A stretch of DNA of 63,757 nucleotides, the filler included, from Syncephalis fuscata S228 (taxonomy: Eukaryota; Fungi; Zoopagomycota): the NCBI GenBank assembly GCA_025786725.1. It is 4 parts of 4 records of this genome, joined end to end, with 100 filler letters (N's around TTAATTAATTAA, not from the genome) between each part and the next. Parts side by side here need not be neighbours in the genome. Positions count along the whole stretch, not along the records: positions 1 to 20,644 come from JAHLTZ010000163.1; positions 20,745 to 43,879 come from JAHLTZ010000137.1; 2 more parts are not named here. The stretch is one strand, 5' to 3'. A program made the translations under genes and the position numbers. The first letter of the stretch is position 1; every line of letters begins with the position of its first letter. Below are positions 11,153-24,272 of this stretch, one piece after another. The notes under the pieces were generated by a model. That model worked only from the letters and a program-made list of their open reading frames with translations. It searched no databases and was not told the DNA's origin.

Positions 11153-14100
11153 TTACTTGTCTGCCTCATCGTCTTCATCATGGCTGCCATTGCTTGATTG
11201 GCAGCTTGTCATGCCTACACTTGTCATGCCCAGACTTGTCAAACCCAAATTTGTCGTACTTGGTTCATAATCTGCAACCATATTGGCAGGGAAACCGCCC
11301 AACCATTGATATTGTGATGGTATGAAATAGCCATTTCTGTCAAATGCACCAATACGACCATCGTGTCTAGATCGTGAGCTGATAAGCGCAGTTTCCATCT
11401 CAACAGTAGCGTCCAAATCAAGTAGACGTCGTGTAGGATTGTTGGGCAGCCATAGACGCCAAGAAAGTGGCCGAATAACATCGGGATCAACATAGACGTC
11501 CTCGTCAATATCACCGGTAAGATCTTGATGATAACGCCGACAAGACACGTGGCGCCGTTGAGGTGTGTAAGGATTTGGATAAGCTTCACCATGTGGGCCA
11601 TGACCTGTAACAAGATCAGCTCGTACATCCATCGTTGGGCTACTCGACGAAACAGATCGGTCGGGTACGGTACTTGCACCACCGTTATTCGCTTGATTAC
11701 TGGCAAGGGACTGACCACCTAATTCGCTTAGATGTGGCGATAATCCAAGCCCATTTGAGTTCTCAGTAAGTGGTGATGGAATCTGCACAGTAAGTGGCCG
11801 ATGTAGATCAAGGGAAACACGCCGATGTATTTGCTGTTTAGTGGATAGTCGACCTTTTTCTTGATGATTGCTACTTGAGTGGTTCAGTGGACGGCTACTT
11901 CCTTGTTGGGACGATGCCCGATTAAGGCGACGATATGCCGGTAGACCATCATTGTTATAATTAGTAGTATTACTATTGTTTGTAAATGGTCGCAAAGGCC
12001 AATGGAATCGTCGGGGATTAGCAGCTAAAGCAGGTGTTGTTGATGCAGTAGATGCGGTGTTAGCCGTATCAGTACGTTGCATCGCTAAACCCATATCGGC
12101 CGATGCAGCCGAGTCGACACGTTGCCGTATCGGATAGAATGCATCTACATACTGCATTTCTGGACGGTCATCGCTATTTACCATCTTGTCGGCATTGGGA
12201 TAAGGCGATGGCAGTAAATCGTCTGAATTTAAGCTTGATAGCTCGCCTTCTTCTTTGGCATCTGACGGAGATAAATGCGTGTGTGCGCTAGTCTTTTCTA
12301 TAGACTCGTGCTGTTCTGCAGTATGTCCATTCGAACTATGCGTGGCTATAGAGCCCGGCCCGGACGAATGAAGTCCAGGCCCACCGTAGTTATCGACATT
12401 GTTCGTAAATCGCATAATTGCTTGATTTCGTACTGTATCCAAAGGTGGCTGTGGTGTAGGCTCAGAGCCTGTACACGGTGAACCTTGCATAAAACTGACG
12501 ACATCAACGCCACCTCCTCGTTTGGCATCGGTAATTACTGGACGGCCATCAAGTGCCACGCTTTCATCGCCTACATGTGCGTGTGTCCGATCAACAACCA
12601 TAACACCAGTATCCCGTAGCGATTCAAGGGGAATATACTTGATACGACGATAGAAGCTTTTGTGGCACCAAAGAAGAAACGCAATGGTTAGTACAATAGG
12701 CGGTGCTAAGGCTATGCTAGCATAAGTCATCTCTTTCAGCGTAAGAACGCCAATCATTGTAAGATGTACAAGGAGTAGACTGCTAACGGTATAGGTAAAT
12801 GCTTTACGCCAGTAACGGCCACCAGTCTCGTAACGACGTACGTAAGCATAGGCAAATTGATGTTTAAATACAAGATAGGCTGTGGCAAAATAAATTGCTC
12901 CAAATATCAAGATAAGCGGATTAATAACTGCGTATATCATAGCAATAACGAGCATAAGAATATGCAATGGAAAATAATAGAAATAAGGGAAACTCATTGG
13001 TGATGTTCGCTGTTGAAATGTACGCGGTGCATTGCGTATTATTCCCGAGGTCATAAGGATAGCGTAGATAAATGGAACAAATAGTTGTAATAATTCGAGT
13101 GAGTGAATACATGTACTGAACACGATATAGTTAATAAAAAATGTTGCTCCCTAAATAATAATACAAATTAGTCAATTAGTTAATTAGTAGTTAGTAATCT
13201 ATTTGTTATCAATAATAATAGTTTGTTATTTACCTGTGGAATTACTTTGCCTAATGTATCATAAATGCTTTGTTTACCAGATAAAACATCAGCAAAAGAG
13301 TCGAGAAAAGTACGGCCTAGCAGAAATACAATAACAATATTGAAAATAGCAAATAGATAATAACGACGTAATGTAACCGCTTCAACAGCCGAATAAGTAG
13401 GTAGCGATTCAGCACGTTCCGATATATCTATTTCATAATAATTGTTATTAACATTATAAACACTAATATTGGTTATTAATTAATACTTACGAAGCAAGAT
13501 ATAAGGCAGAATTGACATGAGCAGTGCAATAATTAATGTTGGCAGTGTATTTTTTATAAATGCCGCCAAATACGGCACTTCCCTATTCAGCCGTTCAAGT
13601 ATATCGGTTCCTCCCGCGAGTTTATCAAAATTAGTCAGTACAAGTACACTGGACATAATAAAGAACCAAAATACTGTTAATACACTATAAATAATAAATA
13701 ATTATTAGTAGTCAAATATAACAATAGTATATAGGCGTGTAACTTACGAAACAGCAATGTTAACCGTTGTTCTGCGTGCTCGTCGAGATGTTAGATTAAC
13801 CTTATGATTCTGCCAAATAATATCACGTGGTGTTGGCGCCATACGAATACGGCATCGGCTGGCATCAACACTAATAAGACTTTGTGCACATAGTTGTGCC
13901 GAAGCAGGATGTACAAATGTAACAAATCCAGTAGCTGTAGGCTTTGCATCTCGTACATAGGATGCACGCAACTCAGCTACACGTCGATCCTGTTTGTTAA
14001 ACTTGCGTAGATGATAATCAATGGCTGGCTGTTGACGAGCTGGATGAGACCGTACACTTAAACGCATTGGCTGAAATGGATCAAGTGCTTCACGTGGCAG

Positions 14101-15385
14101 TTGGCTCAATGTACGCCAAATGTCAAAATTGCTATCATGATCCATTGATGCATTTGGATCCAATAGAAAAGCGTTTCCGTGTCTATTTCTTGTGGCTGCA
14201 GTTAAAATATTTGTAGATGCACGACGCATCACAGCACTTGATGGGCCAGGTGAATTTATACCCATGGCCCGGGATATTGTTGAAAGCATTGATGGTCTTT
14301 CCTCAATGTTAGGGGTCGGCCTTGCTGCCTCTCCAATACGCAGGGGAGATGACGACATTAGATCGCCCACAGTATCCTCAGCATTGGCCAATGAATCTGC
14401 GTGTTGTTGGCTAACTGTAGTAGTAATGGCAGCAGCAGCATCTTCACGATTGCATGGACCATTTCCTGAACTATTACGTCGTTCATGCGTTCGTGTCTCC
14501 ACCGCACTTAAAATATTACAGGCCAGCTCAATATGCAATTGCTCCAGCTCCATAAGATGTTGTTCACGCCTTGCTAAACGTCGGTGTAATTTACCAGAAC
14601 TTCGTAGTACTACCGCTTTCTCAACCTGTCCAATGCCCAAACTAGTAAAATGGTGTCGTAGCTTGTCATCGGTTCGCAAGTGCTTTGGCAGCTCGGTGAC
14701 CATAACTGTTCTGGCGCATAGCATGCCATCACGTACACGGCTTAAATTGAATTCACGACATAAATGTTCATACGCACACATGTCGCGGTAGAATAGCCAT
14801 ATTGTAAGTGCGGTAAATACGTAGATTAGAATCATATGGACATAAAGCACAGGTTCCTTATTGGGAATCTGCGACATGGAAAATATTTCGAGCTCTACGG
14901 GCTGTCCAGCATCTTCGTTTGTGCCATTATGGTGTAATCTAATATGGCTACTACCGCGATTCAATGGCATCAATGCACAGCCAATAATTAGCGTTGAAAT
15001 GAGCATCAATCGAAAAGATGTCTTTAAATAACGCAGATGCATCACTGTGTCGAGACCAGTGTGTGATAGCATAAAATCCTCCGATAACTTTAACGTAGCG
15101 GGAATCCATTGAAACAAGCCCGCTGGAATAGGCGGAGTGGCATTTCTAATATTGAAAATGCGCACACACATACGCCCACCATTAATTAGATAATTATCCC
15201 AGTATTCATTCACATACTTACTTGGTTAATCTACACCTTGGCGTGTACAGATGTGCCAATCGTTTAGTACGGCGTACTATCTCGAATGCAGCCACGGACA
15301 AAATCGTAATGCCCCAAGAAATACCCAGTTGTGTTCCGAGGCCTATAAACGATGCATTATACACGCGTGCATCAATCGACGCCAT
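11153..15385 (-). CDS. OSCA/TMEM63/CSC1 (RSN1 family) mechanosensitive channel with a long disordered C-terminus, multi-exon
   Basis: ATG at 15385 (MASIDARVYNASF..LYTPR). Motifs GLFQWIP, GLDTVMHLRY, ARTVMVTELP, TATGFVTF, MAPTPRDIIWQN, YAVINPLIL and KHQFAYAY..ETGGRYW are present. Confidence 0.92.
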
Positions 15386-16229
15386 TCTTGGCGTAGTATA
15401 TGTATATGGCCTGCTTTGCCAATGCTAGCTGAACTGATTCCTTGACTAGTAATTTAATAATAAAAGTCCAAACAAAACCACGTTAAATATGAATGCCAAG
15501 AGATTAAATGCCTTAATCCAGCTAAACAATAGCTATTGAATATTACTATGCTCACGATGTAGAGAATGCCTAGAACTAATAGTTGAAGTGATATCAACTG
15601 GCGAAGGATGCAATGACAATAACAATAATGAGTATTACGACTATTACTATAGCAGTAATAGTAGCGTTAGGAACAAATGAAAAGGGGCCGTAACAGAGGG
15701 ATAAAGTAAGAGTGAACAAGATGAGATTTGTTTAAAAAGCCAAGAAATTCTTGTCGGTGGTAAACAAATAGAAGCGGTCCAGATTGCACGGCGGGATTAA
15801 AAATAATAAAGTATATAGTAAAAAAGTAGCGTGGTAGAGTAGGAGTTGCCTTTAAGGAAGAGAGAAAAGTTTGTTATAGAAAAGGAAGAATGTGGTGCTG
15901 CATTGACATGTATATGTCTAAACAAACGCACCTATCCTACAGCCATAACTATCGTTGTTGTCGTCGTGCACTGGAAACAGTGAGGTCCAGATAGTTACCG
16001 TGGTGGATAACAAGATTTACAATAGACACTAGATCAATTGGAAGTGAGGAGTAAGACAAGGTGAAAAAAAGGGGTCACCAACTGCAAATGCTGTGACCAT
16101 TTATAGTCTCATATTTCTTAATAAATATATTCAATGGATATATTAGATTTGTAAACGTTTGTTATGTTTAACGTTGCTATTGCTACTATTGTTATTACTG
16201 CCATTGATACTATTAATAATATCATTATA

Positions 16230-16535
16230 GTCTAAATTAATGCCTAATCCGCCGACTTTTGTTGTTAATAGAAATAGGAATACATTGTCACTGTGATTGA
16301 ATTCGTGAATAAGTGATGCTCTTGTTTGTATCGGTGTATTGCCATCCATACGACGATACTCATAGTCTATACATGTCATTTGTTACTATTATTATTATTA
16401 TTATGGCTTATATACACTTACTCTTTTCTGATATTGTTTTCTCTAATATATCGAGCATTATACGTGTTTGAGAAAATAGTAAAACACGATGACCTCGCTG
16501 TTGCCATTGTTCTAATAGTATGACTAATACGCGCA
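16230..16535 (-). pseudogene. Isolated two-exon fragment of a SNF2-family helicase C-lobe (RAD26/ERCC6-like)
   Basis: MRVLVILLEQWQQRGHRVLLFSQTRIMLDILEK, then an intron, then YRRMDGNTPIQTRASLIHEFN..FLFLLTTKVGGLGINL. Homology stops abruptly on both sides. Confidence 0.75.
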
Positions 16536-16999
16536 TCAAAGCTATTTACTTTGTGCTCTCTACTTTTTTAGGAATAAAGATATGGACTCAAACTTTACTC
16601 CAATTTGTTCTCCAAAAATCACACTTATTACACCATACAACATGGCAAATCAAATTTAGAAGAAAGCTTGTATTTATAGGTATTTTATTTAATAATCAAT
16701 AAGAGTTGTTGCTTATTTACTGAATCTAATGCTTGAAAGTTTAGTTGTCAATTATAATATTATGCACCATGATAATGGCACTTGTTTATGCGTTGATATC
16801 CATCCTTCTTATTTTACCAGTGACATTGTTCTATGGATATACTTGTCTCTATTGTTTGTTATCTATTCTTCTTATTACAACCATTGTTTTATTAATGACA
16901 TTCTATAATTATATTTGCTTTTATGTTATTGCTTTTTATTCTTTTTTTTATTCCATCACTTGAACAATTCCCTCATTAGTATTCTAATTTGTTCATAGT

Positions 17000-17210
17000 A
17001 TTTTTATGTACAATGTCATTCGTGTAGTTGGACTAATATTTGTTCTAGTGAACACAATGATAGGTGGTGAATTTTATTAATGCCCAAATTACTTAATTAT
17101 ATTGTTTTGTTTTGGTAGTTAAATGGCTATATTGAATAATATTTACTTTAGTGAACTAAATATTTATTCTATTGAACATGTTAGTGGATGGTGAATGACA
17201 TTAGTTAATA
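17000..17210 (+). repeat. Diverged member of the AT-rich repeat family found in the palindrome arms
   Basis: ATTTGTTCTAGTGAACA..GGTGGTGAATTTTATTAA..TTTGGTAGTTAAATGGCTAT..GAACTAAA..CTATTGAACATG matches 45490-45650. Confidence 0.7.
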
Positions 17211-17439
17211 AAATATAATACAATGAATACTTTACAGTAACAACAATATATATATATTAGCATCGTTATTCATATAATTTATTTATATATTGCTTATACT
17301 ATTATAATAAACTATAATATTTATCAATCCAATACTATTTACCGCTTATTACAATTATATATTAGCACATAGACTAGTATATAGCATACAGCGTCATAAT
17401 TTTTGGCAATTACTAATTTAAAATAGCATACATCCCATA

Positions 17440-18005
17440 TACTGCCAAAACTGCTATATGGTTTAATTTGTCATAAATTGCCACTGCAAATCGCATTAGC
17501 AACAGCTTGTACAGCTTCAATAATAGCAAATTGCACTGTCACTATTGAGATTGCAAAGTTGTTAGCAGATGACCTGCAATGGTGATCTATAATAAAAATG
17601 AAGTATACAACAAAATATCGACAACATATAATCAGAACAACATAGAACAAAGCCAAAAATGTACTTAATATGCTAACAAATGTACCAATACTAATGATCG
17701 GAGTAATAAAGGTCAGATTACAAAAGAGTAATGCAAGGACATAGTGTAGAAGGTGTTTGTACATAACTATTAGTTGGTCAACTACTGACACCATCTAATT
17801 GGTATATATAGAGTGTACAAGTATATGCTATGGATATATGCTATCAAGTGTAGAGAAAGAGAAAGGGAAATGTGATGACGTAGATTGTGAGATGTGAGCC
17901 TGTCAGTCAATATTTATAAACAGCCGAGTTTAATTTAGTAATAAATAGAGTGTAAATAATAAAAGTCAATCTACCCAACATGTCGGTACATTATAGAACA
18001 TATTA
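17440..18005 (-). repeat. Dispersed repeat copy B, carrying the hydrophobic 107-aa ORF at 17471-17794
   Basis: Reverse-complement homology to 3163-3660. ORF MVSVVDQLIVMYKHLLHYVLALLFCNLTF aligns to MVLVVD*LLVKYIHYLHYVLALLFCNLTF at 3369. Confidence 0.8.
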
Positions 18006-18611
18006 ATAGTAAATGAATAAATGCATTAATAAATAATATTATAAATCGTTTACTATTTAAAATTTGTTACCATGATGTAATGTTTATAGATCAGTACACT
18101 TAAAGACACGGCAACCAACTTTATCATATAAATGGAAAATAAGTTTGTTATACTTTAGAAAATGAAGTGGTAGATCACTCGCATAATAAACCAAAAAAGA
18201 TGGTTTGCTTATTACATTAGTAAGCTTATGGTATATAAAACGAATCAGCAGGCTGTGAAAATGCACATGTTGTCAGTTAAATGTGTTTAAACAAAACAGC
18301 TAGTCTCAATTGTGCAGATAGTTGATAGCTTGGTTTGAATTTTGTCTGCTGCTTTGTTATCTGTATTAACAACTATTATATTCACGATTAATTTGTAATG
18401 ATTAAACTATTATGCAATTTGTTAAGTTTGTGTTAGTTTGTGTTGCTGTACATTCTTAGTACACTACAATTTAAAACATAAAGTGCCTAATAAATGAATA
18501 GCCAAATGTAGTATATTGTAAAATATAACTTGGTTTAATGTTATATTGAATATATACAAATTGCATTCAGAATAAAATATATAGATACAATATATCGAAG
18601 CATCAGATTAT

Positions 18612-19570
18612 TTAGTTTGCAGTGGCGATTTGCGACAAGTGAAGAATATGGTAAGTCTTGGGACGATATGCAGAGTGGTTTTTATTCCCCATATTTTGGC
18701 AGTGTCTAATCAATATGGTTGCAACAGTAATCCTATAAACAGTTTAGCTATGTGTATCCAGTCAACCACTAGTACTTACCAATCAGCACTAAAAAGCATA
18801 TCACGGTTAGCACTGCCAACACAGCTAATTATAGCAATGCAGCAAGCAAGATTAATTGCTAAGGCCAAACATATTGTTTGTATTCCATCTTGTGCTAGTC
18901 GCTTCCATGCATCAGATCCAAACATATAATATTGTTTTAGAGCAATACGGCAAAAGACAGCTGAAAAAAACACGTTGATTGGCATATTTGCTCCAATCCA
19001 GTACCAAAGAAGCATAGGTGGATAATATAATTTGCAACCTACTTTGGCTTCTAAAGTAACAAAAGAATAGCGTACCAAGATAAAAGCAAAACCTAATTGA
19101 GGTAATATAAAAATAATGCCGATATAAGCACCATTTCTTTTGGTAAAGAACCAGATTGACTTTTAAAAGAAGAATTGTACTGTTAAAAATTACTCCTAAT
19201 GTAATAAGGAATCCAGACCACCATGCCATTATTCTACAATTAAAGCCATAGCCTGCAAGCAACAGTATAGGCACTATACTATACATAATACCATTAATAG
19301 CAAGCATTAAGCAGCACCATGAAAATATGCTATATGGCCGTGATAGGACCATTTGATTGCTACAATGTATTGTAAAAAATAAAAACATTAACACAAAATA
19401 CAAGTTGAATTGTATGCTCGTTAAACGGAGACGCTGCTCGTCGATATGACCTGTAGCTCCATCAGAAATCAGGCACACTCATTCGCCAAGCGATGAGATC
19501 GATGCCCCATTCTTTGCAGCATTATGTCTCCACTCGGTTTGCGTGGATCGGTATTGTTAATAAACGGCAT
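18612..19570 (-). pseudogene. Multi-pass membrane protein (GPCR-like topology) broken by several frameshifts; pseudogene or sequencing indels
   Basis: Consecutive hydrophobic segments are spread over three overlapping frames (19469-19741, 18912-19478, 18776-19078). An intron follows ADW, and the last exon ends ..HLSQIATAN* at 18612. Confidence 0.6.
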
Positions 19571-20644
19571 TTTAACTTTGTAATAATAACAGTATATGTA
19601 TAGATAACTAGGTAATAGAAGTGCAGGCACGTAAGTTGGATGTTGCAAGGAGATATCGGGCAAAGGCCATACTAGTTTGCATTCATGCATAGTAGCTGAT
19701 GCGGTACACGGGCATTCAACCATGTATGTACGCGACATCAACTGCAGTATTATGCATTATCCAGAATGACAGCAATTGCAAGTTGAATAATGATAAAGCT
19801 GATAAACATTAAACTTGAAAACAACATTGTGCCACAGCAACATTACAATATTAGTTCCGACAGTAATATATAGAGAAACCATTAAACTATTGTAAGATTC
19901 TAGATTATCAACAACAGCACACCAAGGACATACGTCTAGCCAAATTATGCAGCTTAGGCCAGCTATGCATTGTTTTATTTTCACAGTAGGCTATGATTGG
20001 ACCAGCTTGCTTGAGTTTTTAACTAATGATAGGTGATTTCTATGCTTAAACATCTGCATGTATTTAGCATGGATGTGGCTAGGAAAACTACGGAAAACCC
20101 ACGTATTATTACTGAAACACATTTACTTTATTAAGATCATTCAAATTAATGCAAATAAACAAGTGTTATACTATTGTGTATTCTAACTCTTATTCTACAG
20201 CATTGAAACAAAGCAAGAGTGAAGCTTATAACCATGTCAACAATGCCGGCTATTTATTATACTGCATATTAGATATAGACATTTTAGCAATATCAATTGT
20301 TCAACGCGATTGTTATGAATTATATACTGCAGTTGATGCTTTTGCTGTATACCCAAGGCAAATGGTACTAAATTATAGCCTAGCAGATTTTTACATGCGT
20401 TCATTGCACCCAAATCCATTTTTGTTAATAAACTTTAAAAGAATGTAGCTACTGTAAATGATATAGTATACCAATCTTTGCTTTGCTTTATAATCATGTT
20501 AACCTGCAGTGCTTATATATATTATTGGCATTGCTTCAAATCAATATCGCATAAATGCACATTTTAATATCATTATTAGCCATCAGAATTTAATCCAAAA
20601 TGCAATGTATACTCTATTTATGGTGCAGTGATTGATTTAGACTT

Positions 20645-20744
20645 NNNNNNNNNNNNNNNNNNNNNNNNNNNNNNNNNNNNNNNNNNNNTTAATTAATTAA
20701 NNNNNNNNNNNNNNNNNNNNNNNNNNNNNNNNNNNNNNNNNNNN
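20645..20744. other. Assembly gap with TTAATTAATTAA spacer
   Basis: N run with a central all-frame stop linker. Confidence 0.99.
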
Positions 20745-21394
20745 CATAAGGCATGTCGCCATGTCCTATAGCGATAAATATTATTAGCATAATGTATAAT
20801 TAGCTGCGTCGTTAGCTACCCACCTTGGAACCAAGTGCAGATGTATAATTACAAATGGTGTATTAGTTTCGTAAGCCGCGTCATAACAGCCGCTCATAAA
20901 AAAATCGCAAATTATTACATCCACGTTATTGGTAGATATCCAATGGTGGAAAAACTTGTACTCATTAGGATATTGCATATTCATTGCATTCAAAGAGTGC
21001 TAATCATGAAAAGAGGAGATGGCTTTCCCTTTAATATTGAGTTTTGAAACTCCCGAAAGCGTTCAGGTGATTGTGGATTTGGTCCTAACTTTACCGGTTT
21101 TAGATTTGGATAATCAGCTGTCCATACAGCAGCCACATCATCATATGTGATAAAACTAGCATCGTGGCCTCGAGCAATTAGAATATCAGCTAGAACTAAC
21201 TGAGAAGCTGCATGGCTTTTTCCGCCAAACCCAGCACTAAACGCGATCTTTAGCGGCGGCTGTTTAAAAAAGTCTGATGACTTTGAATGTTGATCGTTAG
21301 TACTGTGAGCGGCTGTTGATTTGGCAGTACTACTATCGTTGGCAAATAGTAGCAAGGCGGCCACCGAATAAAGAAGAAAAGAGAAATGGCGCAT
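20745..21394 (-). CDS. UDP-glycosyltransferase (GT1/UGT) N-terminal part with signal peptide; truncated by the gap, frameshift near 20990
   Basis: MRHFSFLLYSVAALLL signal peptide, GGKSH catalytic-His motif, LIARGHD, and DVIICDFFMSGCYDAA...PFV. Confidence 0.8.
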
Positions 21395-23173
21395 GCTAGA
21401 TACTACAGCTGCACACGCACACAAAGTAGCAATGGATAAATTTGAAGCTAATAAGAAGATGTAGATACAGATTCAAGTACCATGGTATATCAAAGAACAG
21501 TATTTAAATGTAGTGTCGGTAAGCCGGATAAATTACTACTAACATGCAGCGACTGGCATGCACTTGTTTTTCAATGTTAAACACCAATTATAACAATGAA
21601 ACAGCTATTCATGTCACATGTTGACAATTTGACGTCCATATTTAGCCATTCATTCCTATATTTTGTAAATACTAAGCATTTTGGTTTGTGTAACGCCTTG
21701 ATATGGCAAATTGTTCTTGTTGTCAATCTACATGTAACAAAAGTTTTACATATCTACTGCTATTTCAATGCCAAAAGCAATGTTTTCTGATAAACATTGT
21801 TATGTTGTAATATGGCCATTATTGAAGACTGTTGCGCGTAGACTGCTCACTTGAATTGCCAATTTTTTAAGTCTATGGTAAATATTACTATTAAGTATTA
21901 CACAATCCTTCGGCAGATTGTATACATGTTTATTCTATTATTTGTACACACAGTTATAAATACACACTGACGACATAAATAATAAACAATATTATTTAAG
22001 CATCATATTATTACGCTTCTAGTTTTAGAAATCGCAACTTAGATGACCAAGCAACACCTTATCCTGGCGCTATCCTATAGCGTTAATTTTTTATGCTTAT
22101 TAACGCTTACCTTAACGCTCAGAATACAATGTGTTGTTTGGCTGTATTGCTTTTATAATAAAATTATTCCTTATTGGTCATTAATTACCACAGTTTAACT
22201 ATAATAAACTGAATAACTTGTATGACACTAAGTAGAAATAATATTGGACTAGAAACTTGATTATTTCTTTATCGATATTAAATAAAGCTATCATTGCATA
22301 GTAAACATAACTAATAATAGAACTGGAATGCCTTGTAGTATTTGATCATTAGCGCAGCATATTAGTTCAGGTGACTGCTCATATGCTCACAACTAACAAG
22401 TAGCTACTCGTCATATTGTCGTAATAGGCATTTGTTACTAGTAATCGGTACTAATATCTGATAGGTATATTATTCTTGCAATCGATCACACGGTATATCT
22501 CTTGAACACACTTTCATAAGACCCTGTCTGGAATATCAGAACAGTAACAATATTTATATTATTCTATAATATACTAGACACATCCTATTATTATATGTTC
22601 CAATAAACTTCATTCAGTCCATTTATTACGCTTACATACACTATAGTTTTAACATCATTTTATATATCATTCTATACTTGCATAGTCTTTCTCTATCCAA
22701 AACTGTTTTTACTTTTGTTCTAACTCTATTATTTATAAACTTCGCTTATTTGGCTCATTGAGTATATGAATTATAATTTTGATATTTTATTTAAAGCTTA
22801 AAGGCTCCTACTGTTTAAGTAAAAACTTTATTTAGCTTTCTTCGACATTAATTAATTTCTTATTTTACTTACTTTGTCGTTCTTTATACTAAGTTGGTTT
22901 TTATTCTTTTTAATATTTACTAATACCATTTTTGTTGTCATCGTTATTGCTTCATCTTTCGTTTCTATTACTTTTATTTCACTGTTGCCTTGACACTTAT
23001 GATGTGTCACCACGTTTTTCTTTCACCACTTTGACACCAGCAACATTCAAAACAAGTAAATAAATAGGGTATAAACTACACAAAGACTATATATAAGCAG
23101 TTATAGCCGGTTTTATTGCAATAAAAGCAATGACATAGATTTTAATAATAAAATATATTTAACAAGTATACAA

Positions 23174-24091
23174 TCACAATATTTTTTCATCTTCGCTGGC
23201 ATATACACGACTAACAACGCTAAGAACAACAACAGCTCCTAGTACCGGTACTGCAAGTAGCATCGATACTTCGGCTGACCGACGAATAAAAAAAGAGCCT
23301 TCGTCGGCTTTTATAGATTCTTTTGTTTGCTTTGCGGCCATTTGCGCTGAAAATGATTGAAACCTTGTATCAATATGAAAAAATGGCTTTCGAGTATGCT
23401 GATCATCTTTTTTATGATCATTCAATTTAGACGAGGGACTTGTGCTGCGCAACCAATCTGAGCGACGCCACATTCTATTACGTAGTTCATCGCCACTCTG
23501 CGTACGATACATTGGATGGGTTGCCTCTTGCCAGCGACGACGTTCCGTTTCCGATGGACGCGCACGTTTAAGGGGATAGCGATGATGTTGATGATAACCG
23601 CTTCTACCGGCCAGCCCCGATGATCGACGGCCCAGCGAGAGTAAATCGTTGTCATATTCACGCCGTCGGGCTGGATGGCCAATTACGCGATATGCCTCTG
23701 CTATTTTTTGAAACTTTTGCTTAGCTGCTCTAGTTGCAACCTCTTTTGCCTCGGCTGTCACTTCTAGTGTAGAACTTTGCGCGTTAAGACGATCAGGATG
23801 AAATTCAAAGCATAATTTGTAATAGCGCGCTTTAATTAAGGAAGGTGCTGCATCTGACGGCACACCCAGTATGTCGTAGTAATTAGACTGACTAGCACGT
23901 GGGCTACCACTGTACGCAGCTTGTTGGCGAGATTGCGTAGAGAAATAATGCTGCTGGTAGGCAGACAGCCAATTACTACTTGTTTTCTGCTGCCATCTCC
24001 AAATAGCAGACGACAGCAGGCGGTTATTTGGTAGAGCCATAGCTATTGTTGAACAACGCCATAGTCTGCTTAATTTCCATGCCATTAACAT
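23174..24091 (-). CDS. J-domain (DnaJ) protein, probably mitochondrial, with a C-terminal TM segment
   Basis: NYYDILGV..IKARYYKL..FHPD..FQKIAEAYRVIG..RREYD, an Arg/Ser-rich N-terminus and a hydrophobic tail. The start codon is uncertain. Confidence 0.88.
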   Translation of the reverse strand: MLMAWKLSRLWRCSTIAMALPNNRLLSSAIWRWQQKTSSNWLSAYQQHYFSTQSRQQAAYSGSPRASQSNYYDILGVPSDAAPSLIKARYYKLCFEFHPDRLNAQSSTLEVTAEAKEVATRAAKQKFQKIAEAYRVIGHPARRREYDNDLLSLGRRSSGLAGRSGYHQHHRYPLKRARPSETERRRWQEATHPMYRTQSGDELRNRMWRRSDWLRSTSPSSKLNDHKKDDQHTRKPFFHIDTRFQSFSAQMAAKQTKESIKADEGSFFIRRSAEVSMLLAVPVLGAVVVLSVVSRVYASEDEKIL

Positions 24092-24272
24092 AGTGTCTAT
24101 AATAGAAAATTGAAAATAAATTGAGATTATTATTATATCAAGAAATTCAATTGCAACAGTATGTGTATTATTATTATACAAACTTACCTGTATTTTAAAT
24201 AGTCAAAGCAATACGTCTATGGTAATAACTTTTGGTGTTAACTAACATTAATTCTTTTACTGCACTAATCAT

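Noticed and set aside
14192-14791. 199-aa plus-strand ORF and similar antisense ORFs (37733, 38036, 59043)
   Set aside because: Shadow ORFs opposite well-supported genes.
20689-20700. TTAATTAATTAA palindrome in the N runs (also in the gaps at 43880-43979 and 55302-55401)
   Set aside because: Identical artificial gap linker in all three gaps.
22600-23050. Purine-rich minus-strand remnant with a splice-donor-like site
   Set aside because: Multiple stops and no identifiable homology.
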